Origin: Balneolaceae bacterium
Lineage (GTDB): Bacteria > Bacteroidota > Rhodothermia > Balneolales > Balneolaceae
Direction: 5' to 3'
NCBI GenBank assembly: GCA_041686215.1
Contig: JAWLEH010000003.1
Span: 22,046 to 86,045 of the forward strand
DNA length: 64,000 bases
Part shown: positions 32,384-42,343 of the stretch, in pieces
How positions within the stretch are numbered: the first letter of the stretch is position 1
How the letters are laid out: each line of letters starts with the position of its first letter
The notes under the pieces: generated by a model
The model's input: only the letters and a program-made list of their open reading frames with translations
Databases searched by the model: none
Told to the model about the DNA's origin: nothing
Position numbers and translations under genes: made by a program

Positions 32384-32814
32384 ATATTTTAGTACTGAAC
32401 GGACCAAACCTTAATCTCCTGGGCGAGCGGGACAAGGGAACGTATGGCGTAAATACGCTTGCCGATATCGAACAAGGACTTCGGAAAACATTTTCTGCAT
32501 TCTCTTTTACATTTATCCAGAGTAATCACGAGGGTGAACTGATTGACGCTATTCACAATGCGAGAAAAGGCACAGCCGACGGATTGATAGCAAACTGGGG
32601 CGGATTTACGCATTCCTCCGTGGCCATCCGTGATGCACTGGAACTACTGAGCATTCCAAAGGTAGAGGTCCACATTTCCAATATTCACGGACGGGAACAG
32701 TTTCGCGAACGCTCGGTTACCGGTAAAATGGCAGATGGAATCATCACCGGATTTGGGGCGTATAGCTACCATCTGGGGGTTGAAGCTGTCAAACACCTGA
32801 GGCAGAGGGGATAA
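32380..32814 (+). CDS. aroQ: type II 3-dehydroquinate dehydratase
   Basis: 144 aa with ILVLNGPNLNLLGERDKGTYG, QSNHEGELID and HISNIHGRE. It overlaps the HIT gene by 4 nt. Confidence 0.92.
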   Translation: MNILVLNGPNLNLLGERDKGTYGVNTLADIEQGLRKTFSAFSFTFIQSNHEGELIDAIHNARKGTADGLIANWGGFTHSSVAIRDALELLSIPKVEVHISNIHGREQFRERSVTGKMADGIITGFGAYSYHLGVEAVKHLRQRG

Positions 32815-32817
32815 CGG

Positions 32818-34284
32818 GTGAATAAACTCCGCGAACTCTTTAACGATACGGTCATTTACGGGTTCAGTAGTGTATTGGCGCGGTTTATTAATTACTTACT
32901 GGTTCCGTTTCATACCGATGTTTTCAGCACAGCTCGTTACAGCATCGTGGGTTTGGTCTACGCAGCAATCACCTTTCTGAATGTAATTATACAGATGGGG
33001 ATGGAGTCGGCCTATCTGCGCTATGCGGAGGATCGGGCGGAAGCGTCCAATCTTTTCAAGACCATACAGCTTACTTTACTTGCTACATCTACATTTATTG
33101 TGGGGGTTCTGTGGCTGTCTATGCCATACACCCTTCCGCTGCTGAATCTGGGAGATGACACAACCGGCATTTTTGTGATGATGCTTGGAATTCTGTGGTT
33201 TGATACGCTATCTATTGTACCTATGGCGGAACTACGCCTCGTGCGCCGGTCTGTAACATTCGCTTCGCTCAAAACACTCCATGTTGTATTAAACGTAGGT
33301 CTCAATTTTTACCTGATACTCGGGCTTGGCTTTGGAATAGAAGCCGTTTTTGTAGCTAACCTGGTTGCATCAATTATTATGACCGTTCTCGTTTGGTTCA
33401 GCACAGCGGAACTCTGGAGGGGCAAGTGGAAGCGGGAATGGTTGGGTACCATCTTTGTTTTCGGGCTGCCGTTTATTCCTGCCGGTCTCGGGCACGCCAC
33501 AAATGAAATGCTTGACCGGTTTTTGCTCAATAATATGGATCCGGCCAACTCCCAACGGCTATATGGAGACGGGGTAATGCCCGAAGATGTTGTTGGGATT
33601 TACAACGCCTGCTATAAGCTGGCTGTTTTTATGTTGCTGATGGTGCAGATGTATCGCATGGCCTGGCAGCCGTTTTTTATGCGTCACTCAAAGGATGAAG
33701 ATTCTGCATCACTGTTCAGCAGGGCTTTTATCTTTTTTAATACTTTTGCTGCTGTTGCATATCTCATAGTTTCGCTCTTCCGTGAACAAATTGTAGCGAT
33801 TAACGTGCCTGTTCTGAACGCAACCATCATAAACAGCAGCTATTGGGAAGGGTTGGAGATTGTACCTCTTCTTTTGTGGGCATACTGGTTCCAGGGGTGG
33901 TACATCAATTTTTCATCCGGAATATTCATCAAGGAGAAAACAGCCGTTTTGTATAAAATAACGCTTCTGGGTGCAAGCATCACACTGGCGGTGAACCTTG
34001 TACTGATTCCGTTATATGGCATGATGGGGTCCGCGGCTGCAACTCTTGCCAGCTACGGGGTAATGGCATTTGTAATGGGTATATACAGCAAACGGGTAAT
34101 GCACGTAGAGTACCATCTGCCGGCCAGTTTTGGTTTGATGGTTCTATGTGCAGCTGTAGTGTACCTGGAACCGGAACTCAGCGCGGCAATGGGGACGGAC
34201 AGCTTAGTTCCTGCTCTTATTGCATGCACGGGCGGTTTAATAGCTACCGGCGGATATCTTTATTACTTCGGATTTAAAAAGTGA
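32818..34284 (+). CDS. polytopic membrane protein, oligosaccharide/polysaccharide flippase (Wzx/MOP superfamily)-like
   Basis: 488 aa with a GTG start and about 12-14 predicted TM helices. The N-terminal block YGFSSVLARFINYLLVPF is typical of the polysaccharide biosynthesis protein family. Confidence 0.55.
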   Translation: MNKLRELFNDTVIYGFSSVLARFINYLLVPFHTDVFSTARYSIVGLVYAAITFLNVIIQMGMESAYLRYAEDRAEASNLFKTIQLTLLATSTFIVGVLWLSMPYTLPLLNLGDDTTGIFVMMLGILWFDTLSIVPMAELRLVRRSVTFASLKTLHVVLNVGLNFYLILGLGFGIEAVFVANLVASIIMTVLVWFSTAELWRGKWKREWLGTIFVFGLPFIPAGLGHATNEMLDRFLLNNMDPANSQRLYGDGVMPEDVVGIYNACYKLAVFMLLMVQMYRMAWQPFFMRHSKDEDSASLFSRAFIFFNTFAAVAYLIVSLFREQIVAINVPVLNATIINSSYWEGLEIVPLLLWAYWFQGWYINFSSGIFIKEKTAVLYKITLLGASITLAVNLVLIPLYGMMGSAAATLASYGVMAFVMGIYSKRVMHVEYHLPASFGLMVLCAAVVYLEPELSAAMGTDSLVPALIACTGGLIATGGYLYYFGFKK

Positions 34285-34563
34285 AAGGTATACTGAATAA
34301 CAGGAATGTCGGGGAATCAGCCTAAAAGAGTAAATCTTCGTGCTCCGGCTGCGTGAAATCAACTTTTGGGTAACTTCCACAAACCCGAAATGGCTGTATG
34401 CTGATATGAAAAGAATAAATTACGCGTTAATCCCAATGGCGGTATTTGTCGATAAGGAAATAACGGGTGTTTAAAAATGAATGATTTTTAACAACTGAAT
34501 ACTTTTTAAAAATCATTTTTTTTTATACTCTTTAAAATCAACTCTCATAAAGCAGTTTCCGGC

Positions 34564-35340
34564 ATGATAAAAAAAATATCCATTCTACTCTTTACAGCTT
34601 TTTTGATGGCAATCCCGATTTTCACGGAGGCCCTGGCAAACGATCCTGAGGATTATGAAAAATATGAGCAGAGGCTGAATACCCTGAAACAGTTTTTTGC
34701 AGAAAATGAGATGCCGATTGATCTGTTACTGGAAGACACCAGGTTTGAAATCTATGAAGGTATCGGCGACCGGTTTAAAAACTCAGCAGAGCGAAAATCC
34801 CTTGATCTGGACCGCTATAAAGTTGTGCTTGGCTTTGACGCAAAGAAAGCGCAAATGGTCGATTTTATTGACGAAAATCGTGATCAGCTGGAGAAAGCTG
34901 AAAAAGAGTATGACATCCCAAAGTATGTGATTGCAGCCATAATTGGAATTGAATCAGACTTTGGACGGAATATCGGGAGCTATAATCCATTTAATGCATA
35001 TGTGTCTATGTATGCGGTTGATTACCGGGCTGATTTTGCCCAGGCTCAGTTAAAAGAGCTCATGGAATTTGTAACCCGGCACGGTATTGACGTTTTTGAG
35101 CTTAAGTCGAGCTATGCCGGAGCGATGACATTTGCACAGTTTATTCCCTATTCGCTCAACAAATGGTTCGTGGGGGATGACATCTTCGATATGAATAATA
35201 ACATTATGTCTGTTGCCAATTACCTCTCCTACTTTAAAGAGCGAACTGGCAGTGTAGACCGGGCCGTATTCCGATACAACCCCAGCGAACTCTATACAAG
35301 TGCCGTAATGGCCCTGGCGGAAGAAGGTCAAAAGATGTGA
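34564..35340 (+). CDS. lytic murein transglycosylase (MltB/SLT_2-like)
   Basis: 258 aa with a signal peptide. The catalytic-Glu block is YVIAAIIGIESDFGRN, and it also contains GAMTFAQFIPYS. Confidence 0.7.
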   Translation: MIKKISILLFTAFLMAIPIFTEALANDPEDYEKYEQRLNTLKQFFAENEMPIDLLLEDTRFEIYEGIGDRFKNSAERKSLDLDRYKVVLGFDAKKAQMVDFIDENRDQLEKAEKEYDIPKYVIAAIIGIESDFGRNIGSYNPFNAYVSMYAVDYRADFAQAQLKELMEFVTRHGIDVFELKSSYAGAMTFAQFIPYSLNKWFVGDDIFDMNNNIMSVANYLSYFKERTGSVDRAVFRYNPSELYTSAVMALAEEGQKM

Positions 35341-35351
35341 TGTAAAAAATT

Positions 35352-35376
35352 CCGGCTGATGTTTAATGTCAGCCGG
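35352..35376. terminator. bidirectional hairpin terminator between convergent genes
   Basis: ccggctga-tgtttaatg-tcagccgg forms an 8-bp stem. It is flanked by aaaaaatt on the left and tgatttattt on the right. Confidence 0.6.
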
Positions 35377-35398
35377 CTGATTTATTTACAGAACGCCC

Positions 35399-35848
35399 CT
35401 AACTCTCTTCCTTTTCCCTGACGATACGCATCTCTACTATTTTATCGTTTGGTTTGATCTGGTCAATCAGGTCTGCATTTTCTACCACTTTCCCAAATAC
35501 GGTGTGGTTGCCGTCGAGGTGAGCGGTATTTTTTCGGTTATGGCAGATAAAAAACTGAGAGCCCCCTGTGTCTTTTCCAGCATGCGCCATAGACAGTACA
35601 CCCCGTTCGTGATACTGTTTATCACCGTCTGTTTCACAATCAATAGTATAACCCGGCCCGCCGCTGCCGGTGCCATCGGGGCAGCCGCCCTGTACAACAA
35701 AATTTGGAATGACCCGGTGGAAAGTAAGGCCGTCATAAAAATTCCTTTCAATCAGTGAAATAAAATTTTGTACCGTTCCGGGCGCATCCTCATCGTACAG
35801 CTCCGCAACCATAGTACCCTGTGCAATCTCTATTTCCGCTTTTGTCAT
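35399..35848 (-). CDS. peptidylprolyl isomerase, cyclophilin type
   Basis: 149 aa with FHRVIPNFVVQGGCPDGTGSGGPGY, SMAHAGKDTGGSQFFI and HTVFGKV. Confidence 0.9.
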   Translation of the reverse strand: MTKAEIEIAQGTMVAELYDEDAPGTVQNFISLIERNFYDGLTFHRVIPNFVVQGGCPDGTGSGGPGYTIDCETDGDKQYHERGVLSMAHAGKDTGGSQFFICHNRKNTAHLDGNHTVFGKVVENADLIDQIKPNDKIVEMRIVREKEES

Positions 35849-36068
35849 AGTTTACTTGTTTAATTGGTTAAAGTGATGGGCGTAAATATAAAGGTTTCTG
35901 CAGAACCGATACGATTGAATTTGAATGGATCATGCCGTTTTGGAAAACAGGGTAACTTTAATAGAAATTGATCGTACAAATCGCTATTTACAGAAAAAGA
36001 CTGAACAAATTGTGTAACAGTTCGCAGCAAGTCGTAATGTGGATTGTGTTCACTACTATTCATTTGCT

Positions 36069-36566
36069 ATGGATGCCGATCTTATAACGTGGATTTTTTT
36101 GGGTGGTGGTGCACTGCTTATGCTTCTTGAACTGGTGTTGCCGGGGGGCGTGGCCTTTTTTCTTGGATTCAGCGGCCTGGCAGTTGGTGTATTGCGTTTG
36201 TTTGGCCTTATTGCCGGCCCCGGCCTTTCCGTGGCGGTATGGCTTATTTTATCTGTTGTTTTAACAATTGCTATCCGTCCGTTTATCAAAAAATATTTTA
36301 AACCGGAAAGCTACACCAAGTATGCTGATGAAGATTACGAGGCGATGGATCAAATTGTTGAGGTTGTGGAAGATGTTACAGATTTAGATAATTCCGGTAC
36401 AATCAGGTTTGATGGTACAATCTGGAGAGCCCGTTCTATTGACGGGACTATCAAAGCCGGGGAGAAAGTAAGAATTCGTTTTCGCGAAAACACCACGTGG
36501 ATAGTGGAAGCGGAGGGAGTTAAAGAACCATCAAACAAAAAACTGCGAAACCCAAATAAAAACTAA
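36069..36566 (+). CDS. NfeD family membrane protein
   Basis: The N-terminal half is hydrophobic (3 TM segments). The C-terminal OB-like region is GTIRFDGTIWRARSIDGTIKAGEKVRI. It sits directly upstream of an SPFH gene, the classic NfeD context. The start was moved from 36039 to the ATG at 36069. Confidence 0.7.
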   Translation: MDADLITWIFLGGGALLMLLELVLPGGVAFFLGFSGLAVGVLRLFGLIAGPGLSVAVWLILSVVLTIAIRPFIKKYFKPESYTKYADEDYEAMDQIVEVVEDVTDLDNSGTIRFDGTIWRARSIDGTIKAGEKVRIRFRENTTWIVEAEGVKEPSNKKLRNPNKN

Positions 36567-36567
36567 T

Positions 36568-37524
36568 ATGTGGACTGCACTACTCATTATATTCGTCATA
36601 CTGTTTATTATTGTAACGCGCCTCTTCATTATTGTAGAGATGAGGGAGGAGGTAATCCAGGAGCGGCTTGGGAAATATAAAAAGACGCTGAAACCCGGAT
36701 TCCATTTTATGATTCCGTTTATCGACCGGGCAGCTTACCGTCAGGAGATGCGCGAACAAGTAATAGATGTTCCCAGCCAAACGTGTATCACAAAAGATAA
36801 TATTGAGGTTGCGGTAGACGGGCTGGTTTACCTGAAAGTTATGGATTCCTACCGGGCCAGCTACGGTATATCAGACTATATTGCGGCGGCTGTAAACCTT
36901 GCACAAACCACCATGCGGAGTGAAATCGGGAAAATTACGCTGGATGACACCTTCTCTGAACGGGATAAGATGAATGAAAACATCGTAAAAGAGATAGATG
37001 AGGCTGCGGATCCGTGGGGAATAAAAGTACTGCGATATGAAATAAAAAATATCCGGCCCTCCAATGATATCGTGGATACCATGGAGAAGCAGATGGAGGC
37101 AGAACGCCAAAAACGCGCGGATATTACCAATTCCGAAGGCTATCGCGAGGCGCGAATCAATGAGTCGAAAGGGGAACAGCAGAGTCAGATCTTGATTTCG
37201 GAAGCGCAGCGCCAGCGCAGGATTAACGAGGCCAAAGGGCGGGCACAAGAGATTGAGCTGGTGGCAGTTGCCACGGCCAACGGTATTCGCAGAGTGGCCG
37301 AAGCTGTGGAGAAACCGGGAGGCGACCTGGCTGTAAAGACTAAGCTTATCGAGCAGTACATCGACCAGTTTGGCAAAATCGTAAAAAAAACAAACGTATC
37401 TGTGCTGCCTACTGAAACCGCCAATCTAAAAACTTTTTTTGAAGGAGTTGGCACACTGGAACGGCATACGCAGAATCGTTCATCCAAAACAGTAACTCAA
37501 AATTCAACAGGAGATAATGTATGA
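36568..37524 (+). CDS. SPFH/Band 7 (stomatin-like) protein, paralog 1
   Basis: 318 aa with an N-terminal TM segment. It contains ERLGKYKKTLKPGFHFMIPFIDR, TKDNIEVAVDGLVYLKV and the Ala/Glu-rich tail AERQKRADI...EA. Confidence 0.85.
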   Translation: MWTALLIIFVILFIIVTRLFIIVEMREEVIQERLGKYKKTLKPGFHFMIPFIDRAAYRQEMREQVIDVPSQTCITKDNIEVAVDGLVYLKVMDSYRASYGISDYIAAAVNLAQTTMRSEIGKITLDDTFSERDKMNENIVKEIDEAADPWGIKVLRYEIKNIRPSNDIVDTMEKQMEAERQKRADITNSEGYREARINESKGEQQSQILISEAQRQRRINEAKGRAQEIELVAVATANGIRRVAEAVEKPGGDLAVKTKLIEQYIDQFGKIVKKTNVSVLPTETANLKTFFEGVGTLERHTQNRSSKTVTQNSTGDNV

Positions 37525-38483
37525 ATAATGGATTAGAGGTCTTCAGCCAGGTTGTATTAGCGGTATTCGCAATCTATCTGACATTTAAATTTTTGCAGGC
37601 TCTCCGGCTGGTGCCCAACCAATACGCCCATATAGTTGAGCGTCTGGGAAACTACCATAAAACGCTGGGTCCCGGTTTTCACGCACTCATTCCTTTTATC
37701 GACCAGGTTGTATACAAACAGGACCTAAGGGAGGAGACAATTGAGGTGGAACCGCAGGAGTGTTTTACCAAAGATAACGTGAAGGTAGAGGTAGACGGAG
37801 TGCTCTACATCAGTGTGGTGGATCCTGTGAATGCAAGTTATGGGATTACAGACTATCGATATGCAGCTGTACAGCTTGCGCAGACGACTACACGCTCAGT
37901 TATTGGTCAGTTAGATCTGGATGAAACATTTGAAGAACGTGCTAAAATGAGTCATGAAGTGGTTCGGGTGCTTGGAGATGTTGAACGCCTTTGGGGAATC
38001 CGGGTTCACCGGTACGAGATCAAGAATATAGACACACCCCGGACGGTGCAAAAGGCCATGGAGCGGCAAATGACGGCCGAGCGGGAGAGGCGCGCTGTAA
38101 TCGCAAAATCGGAAGGTCTGAGGGACTCAAACGTAAACGATGCGCAGGGACGGCGAGCCGAAATCGTAAATATCTCGGAAGCAGAAATGCAGCGTCGTAT
38201 TAACGAAGCGGAAGGGTGGGCCCAGGAAATTGAGGCGATTGCGGAAGCAACCGCTGTGTCTATCGAGCAGGTAGCGGCCGCACTTTCGCAGCCCAAAGGA
38301 AAAGAGGCAATGGATTTACAACTTAAACAGAAGTATTTGACGGTGTTGGAGGGCCTTGGAAAAGATGAAAACCAAATCATTCTGCCCAAAGACCTTACCA
38401 ATTACGATGCGCTAATGGAAGGCCTGGCCCTCGATAAACCGGAGCGAATTCTTACAGATGAAAAGAAAAGTGGCCCGAAGTAA
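37521..38483 (+). CDS. SPFH/Band 7 (stomatin-like) protein, paralog 2
   Basis: 320 aa with blocks collinear to paralog 1 (ERLGNYHKTLGPGFHALIPFIDQ, TKDNVKVEVDGVLYISV, AERERRAVI). It overlaps paralog 1 by 4 nt (ATGA). Confidence 0.85.
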   Translation: MNNGLEVFSQVVLAVFAIYLTFKFLQALRLVPNQYAHIVERLGNYHKTLGPGFHALIPFIDQVVYKQDLREETIEVEPQECFTKDNVKVEVDGVLYISVVDPVNASYGITDYRYAAVQLAQTTTRSVIGQLDLDETFEERAKMSHEVVRVLGDVERLWGIRVHRYEIKNIDTPRTVQKAMERQMTAERERRAVIAKSEGLRDSNVNDAQGRRAEIVNISEAEMQRRINEAEGWAQEIEAIAEATAVSIEQVAAALSQPKGKEAMDLQLKQKYLTVLEGLGKDENQIILPKDLTNYDALMEGLALDKPERILTDEKKSGPK

Positions 38484-38519
38484 CCAGGCCATCCATTTCT
38501 CGCCGAAAATGTGTGTGAA

Positions 38520-39494
38520 TTACCAGTTAATTCCTACTCGTAAGAACGTTTGATTGGAGCGTTTTATAAGCGTGTCTTCATTGCCTGTAACAACATCGAG
38601 AAGCTGGAGGAACTCCTCGGCGGCTTCTTCTGTCCAGGACATCCAGCGCAGCGTTAATCCAACCGTTACACCGGTATTGTCTCCCAGAAGGCGTTCGAAC
38701 TTACCTTCAATATTCAGATCTGTTTGTTGTGTGAGCCGTATTCCGCTAAGCACAACATCATCACTAAATCCGTTTTGCTCTGCAATTGTACCTGAAAGAT
38801 CGCCAATACCGCCCACACTACGGGTTATATAGGCAAACCCAGTCAGGTTATCTCTGATAACAGGAATGCCGGTGGGTATTCTTACACTTACACCGCCTCC
38901 TGCACCGATTCCGGCATTTGCCAGGTGCAAGGCATCATCCTGCTCCGTAAGCTCCAGGTTCCTGTAGCCAACATTGAGGCGAATCGGGATATAAATGCTC
39001 ACCGGGAGCCTCAAAAAATTACTGAAGAGTGTTTTGTTACCGCCAAATGAAAGATCTGCCGCAAGACTTCGGATTTCTCCCTCACCCTCATGAGCATCAG
39101 CCGTGCCGTATGAGGCCATGAGGTACGCTTTCTTTCCGCTAATCATCGCGCCTGCGCTTTCCCCGGCGTAATAAAAACGGTTGCTTCCCTGGTCTGACTC
39201 TAACAGAAATTCATCATCAATGTATCCAACTGTAAGAGACGTGGTGTTTCGGGATGAAGATTCTTTATCATCCTGTATCTCTAATGTGTTGGAATATTCA
39301 GGAACTGAATTGACCAGGTTGCTTTTTAGCAGTGGCTGATCAAAAGAATACTCCTCAAGTTCAGAATCTTCGGTTTGTGATGTGGCTTGCTGCCCTGGCT
39401 GCAGGAATTGAGCCTGCCCCGAAGCTGTGAATATGAAGAGTATTGTAGTCATTACGCCCAAAAAGCGCATACTTCTATTTAGTTTTGTAGTCAT
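38520..39494 (-). CDS. hypothetical secreted protein, probable outer-membrane beta-barrel
   Basis: 324 aa with a signal peptide (FLGVMTTILFIFTASGQAQ). It is Gly/Ser/Thr-rich with alternating strand patterns and has a C-terminal aromatic end ...FLRVGINW. Confidence 0.4.
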   Translation of the reverse strand: MTTKLNRSMRFLGVMTTILFIFTASGQAQFLQPGQQATSQTEDSELEEYSFDQPLLKSNLVNSVPEYSNTLEIQDDKESSSRNTTSLTVGYIDDEFLLESDQGSNRFYYAGESAGAMISGKKAYLMASYGTADAHEGEGEIRSLAADLSFGGNKTLFSNFLRLPVSIYIPIRLNVGYRNLELTEQDDALHLANAGIGAGGGVSVRIPTGIPVIRDNLTGFAYITRSVGGIGDLSGTIAEQNGFSDDVVLSGIRLTQQTDLNIEGKFERLLGDNTGVTVGLTLRWMSWTEEAAEEFLQLLDVVTGNEDTLIKRSNQTFLRVGINW

Positions 39495-39773
39495 TTGATG
39501 TCTCCTTCTTTTTCTTTGTTAATATTAATCGCCCCAAAGCCAAGTATCGGTGTCCGGTTAGTTCGATTCAAATGTCATGTCATTCTTTTTTTAACTAAAC
39601 TGAGGAAAGGTTTTCTGCGATGATAAGACCAAATAAAATTAGCGGGCCTCTCTCCTCAACTTGCCTTAATCTCGAACTTCCCGATGCCGTTGAGGAAAAT
39701 AGGAAGGGAAATTCAAACTTTACAAAAGAATAAACTATTTTAATGTTCAATTTTTGAAAACGTTCAAGTTGAA

Positions 39774-41234
39774 ATGCCAAAACAGGAAAGAATTAATATG
39801 AGGCGCAGCTTTCTGCTGTTACTATGTGGTTTGATAGCGTGGTGGGGCTGCAGCGGTTCGGCGCAGCAGCAAAAGCCGGAACCGGATGTGAACCCCGTAG
39901 AGGAGCTTGTTGGCGAGCGCGGGGAGGTTTTTGATTATGAGGAATGGTCACGTGAGAAAGGGAATGGATATACTACTCATATTCTGCAGATGACCTCTCA
40001 GGAATGGTTGGACAGCAGCCGGGCGACGCCTGTAGTATGGACACACTGGATGACCGTAATTGTACCCGATGAAGTTGATTCGGAGGTATCTCTGCTATGG
40101 ATCGGGGGCGGATCAGACAGTGAGGAGCCGGCCGGCGGAGAAAATCGTATGCTTATAGAAGCTGCCCTGCAAACTAATACGATTACCGCTGAAGTCTCAA
40201 GAGTGCCTTTTCAGCCCATTAGTTTTTCGGCGGACACATCCGATCAGAGAAGTTCTGATGCTCTGATTGCCTACGGGTGGCGGCAGTTCCTGGAATCGGG
40301 AGCTGCAGACGATTCGGCGGAATGGCTTGCCCGTGTACCGATGACCAAAGCCGTCATGCGGGCTATGGATACCCTCACGGAATTTTCAGATACGGTGGCT
40401 GAAACTACGAGCAGGAAGTTTGTGGTAGGGGGAGCATCAAAACGGGGATGGACCGCCTGGCTTACGGCTGCATTTGATGATCGCGTAGCAGGTGTTATAC
40501 CGGTTGTGATTGATTTGCTAAACGTTGTGCCTTCATTTGAACATCACTGGCGATCGCTGGGGGAGTGGAGCCCGGCGGTAAGTGATTATGAAAACGAGGA
40601 GATTATGCGATGGCTTTACTCTGCCGAATTTCGGCGGATGATGGAGTTGGTTGACCCATACAGTTACCTCGGGAATCTTGCAGATATTCCGAAATATGTG
40701 ATAAATGCAGGAAATGATGAGTTTTTTGTACCAGACTCATGGCAGTTTTACTGGGATGATGTGCCCGGTGAAAAATACCTTCGAACGATTCCAAATACCG
40801 GCCATGATGTGAGTGGAACAGACGGTTATGAAACCCTAATATCCTTTTACGATGCTGTATTGAGCAACCGGCAGTTGCCTTTGTTTGAATGGGAGGTTGA
40901 CGCAACGGAGGGAATCATCCGGTTTGAAACCGAATCAGAAAACCCGCCTGAAGAAATAAATATTTGGAGTGCTTCTAATTCGGACGGACGCGATTTCCGT
41001 CTGAACGTAGTGTACCAGGCCTGGGACTCCCAACCGGTGGAATTGAGGAGTGATGGGACATATGAAATTAATATACCTGCACCAAGCCGGGGATACACGG
41101 CTCATTTTGTGGAGGCTGTTTATGCGCATGGATCACTGCGGTTCAAACAAACAACGGGTCCCATGATTCTGCCCGACACCTATCCGCATGAACCATTTTC
41201 ACCCGGCCAGCCGCTGGGCAAACCGGTTGATTAG
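39774..41234 (+). CDS. PhoPQ-activated pathogenicity-related (PqaA-type) alpha/beta-hydrolase-like protein
   Basis: 486 aa. The block GGASKRGWTAWLTAAFDDRVAGVIPVVIDLLN...FEHHWRSLGEWS matches my recollection of the PhoPQ_related family. The likely true start is the Met at 39798, giving a lipoprotein-like signal (LLLCGLIAWWGCSG). Confidence 0.55.
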   Translation: MPKQERINMRRSFLLLLCGLIAWWGCSGSAQQQKPEPDVNPVEELVGERGEVFDYEEWSREKGNGYTTHILQMTSQEWLDSSRATPVVWTHWMTVIVPDEVDSEVSLLWIGGGSDSEEPAGGENRMLIEAALQTNTITAEVSRVPFQPISFSADTSDQRSSDALIAYGWRQFLESGAADDSAEWLARVPMTKAVMRAMDTLTEFSDTVAETTSRKFVVGGASKRGWTAWLTAAFDDRVAGVIPVVIDLLNVVPSFEHHWRSLGEWSPAVSDYENEEIMRWLYSAEFRRMMELVDPYSYLGNLADIPKYVINAGNDEFFVPDSWQFYWDDVPGEKYLRTIPNTGHDVSGTDGYETLISFYDAVLSNRQLPLFEWEVDATEGIIRFETESENPPEEINIWSASNSDGRDFRLNVVYQAWDSQPVELRSDGTYEINIPAPSRGYTAHFVEAVYAHGSLRFKQTTGPMILPDTYPHEPFSPGQPLGKPVD

Positions 41235-41312
41235 TTACAGTTCGGGTATTTAAATATATTGGGAAGATGCTTTGCGTAACGATAAATTAAATCGCAAATA
41301 AAATCAGAAGGT

Positions 41313-41732
41313 TTGAAGTCATACGATTTTAGCTATACAATGGACGTTCGGGACTATGAACTGGATACCCAGGGAGTTGTGAACAACTCAGTGTATCAAA
41401 ACTACCTGGAGCACGCCCGCCATCAGTTTCTAAAAGAGATGGGCATTAATTTCAACGGGCTTCACGCAAATGGGGTAGACGCCGTGGTTCATAAGATAGA
41501 ACTGGAATATAAACGGCCGCTCATGGGGGATGATTCGTTCATTGTACGAAGTAAAATTCGTCAAAAAGGTAACGTGCGCTATATTTTCGATCAGGATATC
41601 TACCGTTTGCCAGATGAGGAGCTGATGCTTAAGGGCGTGGTTACAACGGTGTTTATGAACGATGGCCGCCCGATTCGGCCGCCGGAAGAAGTAATGAAAG
41701 CACTCGAATCATTTCGCAAAAAACCTGATTGA
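41313..41732 (+). CDS. acyl-CoA thioesterase, 4HBT/YbgC family
   Basis: 139 aa with a TTG start. The hotdog-fold N-terminal block is VRDYELDTQGVVNNSVYQNYLEHARHQFL. Confidence 0.75.
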   Translation: MKSYDFSYTMDVRDYELDTQGVVNNSVYQNYLEHARHQFLKEMGINFNGLHANGVDAVVHKIELEYKRPLMGDDSFIVRSKIRQKGNVRYIFDQDIYRLPDEELMLKGVVTTVFMNDGRPIRPPEEVMKALESFRKKPD

Positions 41733-42244
41733 CAGAGAAGGAGTCAAACGGGAAAACTCCAATCCCAACTAAATTTTCCGCGATGAAATTCCTGATGCCG
41801 TTACTTTCCCTTTTTTTTATTGTTTCCTGTTCCATGAGTCAGACTGAGGGAGAGTCAGATGAGGCAGTGAAAGCCGAATTGGAACAGCTGCTGGATGATT
41901 TTTTGCAGGGTGCATCCGTTAACGACGCGGAGATGCACGATCGCTTTTGGGCCAATGAACTTATTTACACGTCCTCAGCCGGTGAGAGGATCACGAAGGA
42001 TGATATAATGTCGGGTTTTGAACCGGATACGTCAGTATCTGACATGCCGGGCATGCAGTACGGCTATGAGGATCTTCAGATTATGGTGTTTGATGATGCG
42101 GCCATTGTTGCGTTTCAGCTTGTCGGTACCGGGGCTTCGGGAGACAGCCCGGACGTGATGAGGTATTATAACACAGGGACATTCATTAACAGAAATAACC
42201 AGTGGCAGGCTGTCGCATGGCATGCGACGAGGATTCCCGAATAG
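41729..42244 (+). CDS. NTF2-like (SnoaL/DUF4440-type) lipoprotein
   Basis: The probable true start is at 41783 (MKFLMPLLSLFFIVSCS, lipobox). The body (FLQGASVNDAEMHDRFWANELIYTSSAGERITKDDI...W.AVAWHATRI) looks like the DUF4440/NTF2 fold. Confidence 0.5.
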   Translation: MTEKESNGKTPIPTKFSAMKFLMPLLSLFFIVSCSMSQTEGESDEAVKAELEQLLDDFLQGASVNDAEMHDRFWANELIYTSSAGERITKDDIMSGFEPDTSVSDMPGMQYGYEDLQIMVFDDAAIVAFQLVGTGASGDSPDVMRYYNTGTFINRNNQWQAVAWHATRIPE

Positions 42245-42248
42245 CTTC

Positions 42249-42316
42249 AAAACCTGTCAGGTCTGAAAAGTGGAATAATTATTTTAAAATCAATTTTTGT
42301 AAGATCTGACAGGTTT
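42249..42316. repeat. long-arm inverted repeat between convergent genes (possible bidirectional terminator)
   Basis: aaaacctgtcaggtct (42249-42264) pairs with agatctgacaggttt (42302-42316). The 15-nt arms have one mismatch and enclose a ~37-nt AT-rich loop. Confidence 0.5.
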
Positions 42317-42343
42317 CTTCAATGCCTACTTACCGACTAAAAC

